A stretch of DNA of 64,000 bases, from positions 20,088,001-20,152,000 of the forward strand of contig NC_087454.1 in NCBI RefSeq assembly GCF_036321535.1. Direction: 5' to 3'. The DNA is from Camelus dromedarius. Lineage: Eukaryota. The first letter of the stretch is position 1; each line of letters opens with the position of its first letter. Under the pieces are notes generated by a model. The model was given only the letters and a program-made list of their open reading frames with translations, made no database searches and was not told where the DNA came from. A program made the position numbers and the translations under genes. Below, piece by piece: positions 53,124-62,191 of the stretch.

Positions 53124-53274
53124 AGGGATGGAGTATATAGCTCAGAGGTAGAGTGCATGCTTAGCATGCACAAGGTCCTGGGTTCAAGCTCCAATACCTC
53201 CATTTAAAAAAATAATAAGATACTGACATTGCTATTATTAAAAAAAAAAAGTTCAAAAAAAAAAAAAAAAAAAA
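53124..53274 (+). mobile_element. tRNA-derived SINE (camelid Vic-1-like) with TSD
   Basis: A box tagctcagagg, B box ggttcaagctcc, body gagtgcatgcttagcatgcacaaggtcctggg, poly(A) tail. Flanks caaaggcc(c)caggg at about 53114 and 53277. Confidence 0.85.
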
Positions 53275-54138
53275 GGCAAAGGCCCAGGGTTTACACAGCT
53301 CTAGCAAGTCAAACTGGAAGACAGCCTCAGCGGCTGAGAAATCCAAGGCACGAAGTTGAGTAACTTACTGTGGTCCTTGATAAGGGATGTTGAGCTTGAG
53401 ACCACAGAGGCCAGTGCTCCACTGGGCCTCACATCTCTTCACAAAACTTCTTCCGCACCTTCTCCTCCCTGGCCTGGTTCTTCCACAGCTCCACTCCCAC
53501 CCACACACCCCCATGGACCTGCCCACTAGTCCCCATAGCTCTGGGTCTGATGGCACTTCTGAGGACACCCACTGCCCTTCTGGTCTTCCCTGGAGGATGG
53601 CTTCCAGTCCCTCTTCACCTCTTTGTGCCAAGAGCTGAGTCACAGACAGTGGGGCAGAGCGGGAACATAGCTCTGCTGAGCTGGGAGCTCCTTACGGGCT
53701 CCATGAGGGGGCCGTCAGGCAGTACCACCTCCCTCAGCCTCCACCTCCACCAGAAGAGAGACAAACCAAATACTTCAGTACCTCAATTTATTTTGCAGGA
53801 ACAGCTGGGGACTTGAGACAAGAGAGGCCTGTGGTGGGAAAAAGGGAAGGAGCAAAGCAGGGGAAAGCAGCAGCTTCCAGGTGGGAGCAGACAGGAGGAA
53901 AGCTGTCAGACAGGACTGAAGGAAATTCTGGAGAGGGAGCCTGGGGAAGGGGCAGAGTGGAAACAGGGACATTCAAGGGTGTCAACCAAGAAGTAGATAG
54001 GGCTGGGGTCCAGTAACTCGGGGGAGGCAGGGAGGGCTGGTGGGCAGGGATGGGCATTGTCCCAGCTGCCCCTGGGTGGAAATTGGGGGGATGGCTGGAA
54101 TTTGGCAGAATATTACTCCAGAGGTCTCCGCAGAATTT

Positions 54139-57100
54139 CTAAGAAATATAGAGCGCTCTGTTCTGAGGGTTATTGCAGAAATTCCGGAAGCAGCATCGAG
54201 AGAATATCCAGAAGCCAAGCACCGGAGAAGTGCGGGTGTACGAGCAATCACTCATCTGCTCCTTAGGACGACAGTCACTCACCATGATGTCAGAACCACT
54301 GTCTGCAGAGGGACGGCAGCAGTCAGTGACACGGAGGTCCAGGCAAAGCCTCGAACCCTCCCATCCCCTCACTCTGCATGGACTGACCACACTGCCCTCA
54401 AACCCTACCCTGGACCCCCCCAAACGCAAAGATTCCTGGAACTGGGCAGAGGCAGAGAGTGCCAGGAATTCACCAGCCATAAACTCTTCAGAAGTTTCCC
54501 AATGAAGATTGGTGAGAAAGGGCCATTTGAAATACAGTGATAGTTGGAATGGGGTGAGTTGGGACTTGCGGAGCGAAGTTGGGAGAACCAGCACTTTGGA
54601 TGGGACCATGTAAGAAAAAGTTGGGAGATGTATTGGAGGTCAGATTGCAGAGGGGAGGTGTTTGTCATTTATTTTATGGATCAAAAGTAAGAGGATGTTC
54701 CTGCTGCTGTTATATATATTACTGGAGGGGGGAAATCTTTGTGCCCATGTCCAGGGATCGTCATTGCTGCCCTGCTTAAGAGAGTGAAAACTTAGAAGCA
54801 ACCTAAAGGTCCAGTAGGGGGATGAATAAATTGTCTCTGACATGCCCATGCTGTGAATACTACGCGGCTGGACAGCAGAACAAGGAAGCTAGTTACAAAC
54901 TGGTATGGAAACATCAAGTTCCCATAACTGTTAAGTTTAAAAAACAAGTGCAGAACAGTGTTTACAGTAGTATGCTACTCTTTGTGGAGGAAAAAAAAAA
55001 GAGGTGAAAAGGAGTAAACAGCATATTTGTATAGGTGGGATGTGCATAAAAGATCACAGAAAGGATAATAAAGACATTTTTAAATAGTTTTTTGCTGTTT
55101 GTGCTTGAGAGCTGAATGGATTGGGCCAGGTGTGGGAAGGAGACTTCTCTTTGATACCCCTGAATACTCTGATATGGAACCACACCTGTGCATCAGTTGT
55201 TTGAAAAGTATCATGAAAGGATTTGAATGAAAGCAGTTGTGAACAGCAGTTGATAAGAACACCGTCTCTGGAGCGACCATAAACTGTGTGACTCAGCCTC
55301 TAGGAGATTTGTGCAAGGCTCTGCACCTCTGTTTCCTCCTCTGTAAAATGGGGATAATAATGTCTACCTCGGAGGGTTGTTAGTGCTTAGAACAGTGCTG
55401 GGCACATAGTCTGTGTTATGTGCTTATTAACTTGAAAAAGGTGAGGATTCGGGTAGAAGAGCAAGCATGAGGAACAAGGGAATGTAGTCAATTTCCAGCA
55501 AGTTGAAAAAGAGGTGGAGATGTCTAGAGGGCAATTTGATATGACAGTTTTGGCTAACATTCAGATTTAGGAGGATGCCATACATGGCTGCTAGGTGGAG
55601 CCAAAGAAAGATAAAATCCTCTTGGAGAGTAAAGAGCTAAGGACCAAACTTTGGTGAACATGAACTGTTAAGGGTTATGGAGAATAAGGCAAGACTCATG
55701 AAGGAGACTGGGAAGAAGCAGTGGAAGATGGAGAAGACTGATGCTGGCAGGAACTACTGCTGACAGATGGGGAGAAGGCAGCCTGAAGAAAGGCTTGTGG
55801 ATCTGGTGATCTTGAGGGTCCCCTACAAGTCTGGGTGCTATGAGGAGGGTGAGCTGAGGAGGGAAGGAGAGTGGAAGTAGAGATAGGGAGTGGCTCTAAA
55901 GGAAAGGAAAGGAAAGACAGACAGTGATGGAATAGTATCTTAGAGCTGTGGGAACCAGACTTGGGGTACAGCCTAGAAGGCTGGTAGAGGCTCAGTTTGG
56001 GAACAGACTGGGCCCAAGACAGAAGGGGGAAAGCAGCTTACTGTTCTTTATGAACAGAGTCATGCAGCTGCTGCCGTGCGGGGCAAGGCAGATGTCAGAT
56101 CCCAGAAGGCACCCCAACTCCTTGGTCTCCAAGAGGCATCGATAGCAGCGAAGGTATTTGTTTAACTGAGGCAGATAAGGGGGTTCTTGTTCATTAAGAT
56201 TGAGCTGACCTAGAACATAGAGAAGCACTGATTTCAAACCCACCTAATTTCCAGGCTGGCCAACCCCACTGTTCCCTCCCACTTACCCATCTCAAAAAAC
56301 CATAAAATTACCAATTCTTTAAAACCATCCGGCTAAATCTTCCATTAGAAGCCTTAGTGCTTGTTAAAAACCACCGTTCTCTGCTGTTATACCTCCTGAA
56401 ATGAGGAACTCATTCATCCATTCATTCATTCACCATGTATTTGAGGGGCTAATGTGCCCAGCACTCTGCAAGCCTCTAAGTTCAATGGTTAGGCCAAGTC
56501 AGCCCATTCCAACTTTGGGTACCCCTGTTAGGACAGTTCTTCCTCTGTGACTTGGTGTCACAGTTCCCCACACTCCTCCACACTCCCAGACTCTCTTGAA
56601 TATGCTTTCTTAAATCTGTAACATTCAGAAGTGAAAACACCAGCGTGGACCATCACAGGACAGGAAGAATCTCTGCTTTGTGTAGACAAGAGACTTCAAG
56701 TAGCCCACAGCCACATTCTTTGTTTGGTGGTCCTCTCATTGATCCAACTCATTTAATTTTGTCCACCAAAGCCCTCCTCTATTACATGCATATTCATCTC
56801 CCTCTTCCTCTGGTCCCAGGCCCAGACCACATGTTAATGAGTCCCCAGACCCGGCAGAGCACTTGGTGTGAAGCAGATGCTGAGCAAACACTGAATCCTG
56901 TTTCTGTGTAGATGGTACTTTGCAGCCAAATGAGGTTATCAGGTTGGATTCAGCCTTGTTCTACGTGGTGGATCCTAGTGCTGTCATCTGGTATGTTCGT
57001 CCAACCCTCCCTATTCTGTATTGTCCTCAGATATGAAGAGGTTCCCTTTAGTATATCCATTTAGGTCACTGCTGTTGAGTGAGACATCCCTGGGGAAGTT

Positions 57101-57406
57101 ACCAGAAATCTCCCTCAGAATGAACATCAGTCCATTATCAGTCTGCAGGCATTATCCCACCAAGCCCACACATCCCATCTTTCCTCCTGCCTAGGTTTAC
57201 CTGAACATCCTTGGAAGATGTACCCAGACACCTGGTGTCTGTGGATTTCTCTATCCAGCAGGCTAGGAGAACCTTCTGACCCCTTAGAGCCACTTACCAA
57301 ATGCGAAGCTCATCGTGACCAGAATTATTAAGAGGACAGGGCTTTTCCTCTTAATGTACAGGGCTTGGGGGGAACTCAGATTCCGGCTACCTGCAGGGAC
57401 TGCCAT
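54139..57406 (-). CDS. LY6G5C: Lymphocyte antigen 6 family member G5C, 146 aa
   Basis: Exons 57406-57298 (MAVPAGSRNLSSPQALYIKRKSPVLLIILVTMSFAF), 56209-56042 (KYLRCYRCLLETKELGCLLGSDICL) and 54302-54139 (CCFRNFCNNPQNRALYIS*). 441 nt, phases consistent. Confidence 0.93.
54700..55260 (+). mobile_element. Old L1 (L1M-type) 3' region in LY6G5C intron 2
   Basis: aaaacttagaagcaacctaaaggtccagtaggggg...gaatactacgcggctg resembles an L1ME 3' UTR. Confidence 0.55.
55285..55900. mobile_element. MIR (+, about 55285-55430) followed by L2 (-)
   Basis: ctctgtttcctcctctgtaaaatggggataataat (MIR); gtggagatgtctagagggcaatttgatatg (L2). Confidence 0.65.
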
Positions 57407-57619
57407 TAAGTTTATGACTTCCCATCAGCCTCTGGTTTGGCCTTATATTGGTGGAAGAGAAGTTGGCCAAGAGGGCAGGGAGAGGCAACACCTGTTTGGG
57501 GTAGAAATCAGTGCCAGAATGGCCAGAGGGACAGAGTGTCCCCACCCACAGCCTTTCTGGGGCCTAACATCCTGGCTTGGGGACAAGGGCCCAGCAACAG
57601 GGGAATGAGAGGGGAAACT

Positions 57620-58070
57620 TCTTTCATATTAATTCAACAGACATTCATTGAATCAGGTGTTGGAGATACAATATTTCACAAAGTCTGTACTCTGACAGAG
57701 CACACAGTCTAGTGCAGGAGGCAAGTCAACAAGCAATGATGGTGGGGAGTGCTTTCCGGGGGCACTTGGGCAGTGGAAACTACTGACCAAAGGGATTTCA
57801 GCAGAGGAGTAACAAGATCAGATTTCTGTTCATAAAGATTTCTGAGGCCGGGAAACCAGTTAGGACGCTATTCCTGAGTCCAGTCACAAGATGGCGGCCT
57901 GGTCTAGCAAAAGAGAGGGAAGCCGAGACGTGAATGATTCTGAGATAACATTTAGGAGGAAGACTGGACAAATTTGGACTTAAACTGAATGTAGGGTGAG
58001 GGAAAGGGGGATAGGCTTACAAAAGCAGGTGACTGTGATACCATTTTCTAAGATGGGAAAGACGTGTCAG
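57620..58070 (-). mobile_element. L2 fragment
   Basis: cagaggagtaacaagatcagatttctgttcataaagattt...ccagttaggacgctattc, typical L2. Confidence 0.6.
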
Positions 58071-58129
58071 AAATCCAAAAGCGCAATAAAAAATTTTTTT
58101 AAAAATAAAAGAAATCCAAAAGCGAGGAC

Positions 58130-59750
58130 ACCTGGGCCCCGAATGGTCATTCTCAGCCCAGTGCCTCCTGTGGGTTCTGGAAAGTAAGTGCCTTTCCCTA
58201 CGCCCCCCTTTTCCGGGCCCGCCTCAGCTCTGCTGCAGGTCAGTGGGTCTGATCTCCGGCGCCCACAGGCTCCGGCGCTGTGCGCTCGAACTCCGCGGCT
58301 GGCTGCACCTCAGAGGTTTCGGGAGGACGAGAGGGCGGCCGCCAGCCCAAGTTTGGCTCTTGTCCCTGCCGCGGGGAAGCAACCTAGGAACGGCGTGCCG
58401 GGCATCAGGACCCAGGCGTCTGGCCCTAGCCGACACCCAGACACTACGCGGCTTCCCCAGAAGGTGGCACTGTGGCGCCAACATCCCTCCCAGACCAGGA
58501 TTAGGAGCCCACGCAGCAACCAATGAGCGGCCGCCCACCCGCCTCAGGTGCGGTATCCACTTCCTCCGCCCGGCCTGCTGGGCCCGCCCCGACTGCTCTG
58601 TCGGCATCTCGTCAGGTCAGTCCCTCCCTCTCTGTGGGAGAAAGGGTTTTTGCTTTAAGGGTCGGTGGGCTGGGGGGCCGTGGGGGGGGGGTCCTCGGCT
58701 TCCAGGAACGCACCACCTGCTCCAGCTTCTGGTCTGGAGGTTTGGGGCGGGAACGTGCCCGAGGGTTCGCAGCTACTGTCTCGGACTACCCAAGAATCCT
58801 TCGGTCTCGGGGTGCTGATGAGGAAGATGGGAAGAAACGCACGGAGACACACCCGAGAAACACGGACGCGAAAACAGAAATACGAGAGGAAGACGCGCGC
58901 CACTGCACGCACCCCAAGAGCTTTGGAAGCAATTTTTTTTTTTTTTTTGATGGAGGACTAGGGATTGAACCCAGGACCTTGTGCGTGCTAATCACGCGCT
59001 CTACCACTGGGCTATACTACCCCCCACCCCCAAAAGCTTTGGGATGATAGAAATAAGAGAATTATTTTAAAGGAAAGTCAAGGTAATGGAGAAATGGGGA
59101 GGAGCACCGGCACCTATATAAATCTTTGTTGAATGAGTGACAGAGTGATAGATGAAAAGAATCAGACGGCGGGGACTGCTCTTGAAGCGAGGAGGGCAAA
59201 GGGGAGCAGAAGGGAATTTCACAGCGCCCTCTGAATCCCTCTTTCAAATATAACCGTAACGAAAAGGCTAAAGACTAGAGTTATGGGTGACTGAGGCAGG
59301 GGTCCCCCTGAGAAGTCCAAGAGGACTTGCCGTGGAGTTACATCGGCCACGCGCCCTAAGGGTCGCAGGAGCGAAGAGGCGGGTCGTATTTCGAGGCTGC
59401 GCTGGGTCTTCTTCGGAGGGGGTGGGGTCTTAGGGTTATTAATCCAGCCCTAGTTTCGTTTCGCTCTTCCCCTGTCCACGTGGCAGGGCGCGGCGGGTGA
59501 GCGCGCAGAACTGCCGGAGTTCGTTGCCACGGTGACGGGCACCTTGGAGGCTTTCTTGGGGTGAAGAGGCGGGGCGTTCCAACAGTCGCCATGGTGACAA
59601 CTGCGGATAATGGTATCCAGACTGAGGGCCTCTCCCCCGGGACAAGGGATAGCTGCGGGTAAGCAGCTGAATGACCAAACAAAGGAGGTCGGGCTTGAGG
59701 ACCCAACGCCACAGTTCGGGAATGGATCTGGGCAAACGAGGGGCCGGGCT
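58130..59750. promoter_or_regulatory. CpG-rich block between LY6G5C and ABHD16A with CCAAT, GC boxes and RFX X-box-like motifs
   Basis: CCAAT at about 58520 with GC boxes; GTTGCCACGGTGAC at 59523-59536; GTCGCCATGGTGAC at 59585-59598. Confidence 0.6.
58933..59025 (-). mobile_element. tRNA-derived SINE (Vic-1-like), short form
   Basis: Minus strand reads ggggggtagtatagcccagtggtagagcgcgtgattagcacgcacaaggtcctgggttcaatccctagtcctccatc(A)n. Flanks ccccaa(g/a)agctttgg are a probable TSD. Confidence 0.85.
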
Positions 59751-60490
59751 ACAGATAATTGGGCCCTCGAAAGCCAGGTTCTGTTAGGGAAGTGGCTGCG
59801 ACTCTGCATTCTGGAGCGGAACTTAGAGAGGGGATATTTAATCTGAATATAAATGAATGAAAAAATGAATGACTGGGCTCCTGAGAGAGCTGGGAAGATT
59901 TGGTGATGGGTGGATGAGCTATCCCCAACACCTGCCCCCACCCCCCGGAACCCTCCACCCTCTGGTCCCTCATTCACTTGTGACAGCTGTGTAAGCAACA
60001 CATGCCCCTCCCGAGGACGTAGAGCAAACCTTCTGCCCAAACATGCAGCCCAGAGCTGAGTCCAGCACCTCCCACTAGGAACAGTGCAGGGCGGGGCCTG
60101 GCCAATGAGGTGGCCCAGCCCCATCTCTTCTTCCCCGGATTCCAATCCAGTTGTTAGATCTCCTTTTTCCCAGTCTCCATTCCCTCTCCCAGTTTTCCCA
60201 GCAACTCTAGGATGCCTGGGCAACCAGGCCTCACCCGGTGCCCAGTACGGCAAGATCCAGAGCCCCAGCAGATTTAGGGTCTACATCTCAGCTGGTCTTC
60301 CCCTGAGACTGCGAGAACCCTGCTAAATAGGGTGAAGAGTGGACAGGGAGCTGGTTCCATCCTGGGGTAGAGGGTGGTTCTGAAAACACAGCTGCTGTGA
60401 GCCTTATCAGGTGGGGAGTAATCTGAGGCCCCTTGGGTGGGGTGGTCCAGAATTCAAATGTTGAACCTCACCTCTCCCTACTCACTTCAG

Positions 60491-61338
60491 GTATCCAAGG
60501 GCCCATCAGGGCATCCACTGTTCTCTATAGTTAGTACAGGAAGGAGTGAGGAGGGCAGTGGTGGTAGAGACAGATCAACAGAGTCTCTGGCGGCCATGGC
60601 CAGGAAGAGGGACTCCTTTGTCTCTAGGGTGTGAGAGGTGGGGCTGGGTACCTCCTGACTGCATTTAAGGAGGTTCTCTTAGCTGAACAAAGACTTGGTT
60701 TCCAGGAGACGACTGTCCTGGTGGATCTGGGAAGGTGAGGTTCAGCACCATGCCACTGGTCCCACAGCTCCATATTCCACACTTCCCATCCTGTTTGCTC
60801 CCTAGGACAGGACAGAGGAGATGGGTACCAGTATCTGCTCTCCAGTATTTGCTAAAGGTGGAGCATTCTGGAGCTGTGGCCACCTCCTCTCTTCTAACTC
60901 CAAGTAGTAAGCATCATGTTACCTGACAAGTCTCAGATCATTCCTTCTGGTGGAGACAAACTATGTCTCCCCTTAAGGAGCTGCTGAGCTGGTGGGGGCA
61001 GAGAGCCTCTGCCCCAGGGATAGCAGGGGAGCTTTGTACACTGAGGTTGGGGGACACACTGAAATTAGCCAGAGACTTTATCTAGTTAGGACATCAGAAT
61101 ATTGTTGCCCATGTTAAGTATCTTGTTCAAAACAGTGGACCCAGGGTGGTAAGCCTAGGGGCATTTCATCAGGGAAAAGAGGTTTCCAAGGGAAGAAAGT
61201 GGCCAGGCAACAAACGGATGGGTGGGAGAGGGACTCATTCTGTTCTGTGAGGTCCAAGGATGGGAAATAGGACAGAAGTTACAGGGAACCAATTTCCTCA
61301 GGTTCAAACTAAGAATATTCTAACAGCTGTCCAAAAAG
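60491..61338 (+). other. Candidate unannotated multi-exon gene or pseudogene (four phase-consistent small exons)
   Basis: Exons 60491-60545, 60683-60734, 60806-60857 and 61302-61338, all GT-AG, phases 0-1-2-0-1, open frame VSKGPSGHPLFSIVSTGRTEQRLGFQETTVLVDLGRTGQRRWVPVSALQYLLKVQTKNILTAVQK. No homologue recognised. Confidence 0.35.
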
Positions 61339-61958
61339 GTAAAGTATGGCTCTCGGAGGACTTAAGTCTTTGTCATTCGGTCCTCAGTCCCTGGCAGACC
61401 CCATGTTTGTTGAATTGCAAAGAGGACATGAGGAGAGAAATTTGATGACATGGAGAGGAGAGTGTGCTGGGTTTGCTGCATAAGACACGGGGTGCAGGCC
61501 ACTCCTCACTCTCTGTGGGAAAAGCAAGAGCTGAGCAAGGAAAACAGGAGGTACTGATGGGGAAACCATGTAGGCTGGACCTGGCGATCAATAGAAGAGC
61601 TGAGTAGGTGAAATCAGCTACTAGAAAATACTTTGTAAACAACAAAGCTCATGAGTTGTAAGCAAGAGGAGGCAACCACGGGCTCCTGGGGTGGTGGTAC
61701 GCAGGAAGGACTAGGCAGGGGCCAGGGAGGAGGCAGAGTCGTGATAGTACTAGGCACGCCAAGGAGAGGAAGGCCTTGGGGACCCACTGCATGACGGCAG
61801 CTCAGGTTGGGGTCTGAAGGCCTGGGGTGACAGCAGAGACAGGGCGGGTTAAACTGGCTGTCTGGAGTTGGGGTTTCCCAAAGCTCCCCACTCCCAGCCT
61901 TGGCTTCCTGGATACCTGGGAAGTCACATTATTAGCCAGCCAGTAGAAAAAATACCTT

Positions 61959-61993
61959 TTTATTAATTATTAGGAATAATCCATTCATTTAAT
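61959..61993 (-). terminator. ABHD16A: ABHD16A polyadenylation signals
   Basis: tttatt at 61959-61964 (AATAAA) and tttaat at 61988-61993 (ATTAAA) on the - strand. Confidence 0.65.
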
Positions 61994-62191
61994 GCAGGGC
62001 GTGTGTCCAGGAGACTTAGGTACTGCAGGACGGAAGAGGGGAACCGTGCAGGAGGAACAGTGAAAAGGGGGATGGCCCCCCGCCTGCCACAAACTATAAA
62101 CAGCAAAATAAACACAAAGAATCACAAATAATGGGGTCCTTCCTTGTGTCTCCTCCCATCCATTCTTCCAGAATGACTCCCACTGTGGTCC

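Noticed and set aside
53124-53205. tRNA-like sequences (also 58950-59025)
   Set aside because: A and B boxes are present, but they are followed by A-tails and TSDs and lack a proper acceptor stem. They are SINEs, not tRNA genes.
58188-60253. Long ORFs across the CpG block (58243..58818, 58523..59047, 59450..60253)
   Set aside because: GC-rich, cross a SINE or low-complexity sequence, no recognisable domain, non-ATG or weak starts.
60546-60682. Alternative longer first exon 60491-60628 for the candidate gene
   Set aside because: Leaves a 54-nt intron and leads to an early stop in the third exon.
60486-60801. Minus-strand exon-like segments 60801-60652 and 60623-60486 (150 and 138 nt)
   Set aside because: They would need a 28-nt intron and most frames stop. 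The + strand chain explains the region better.
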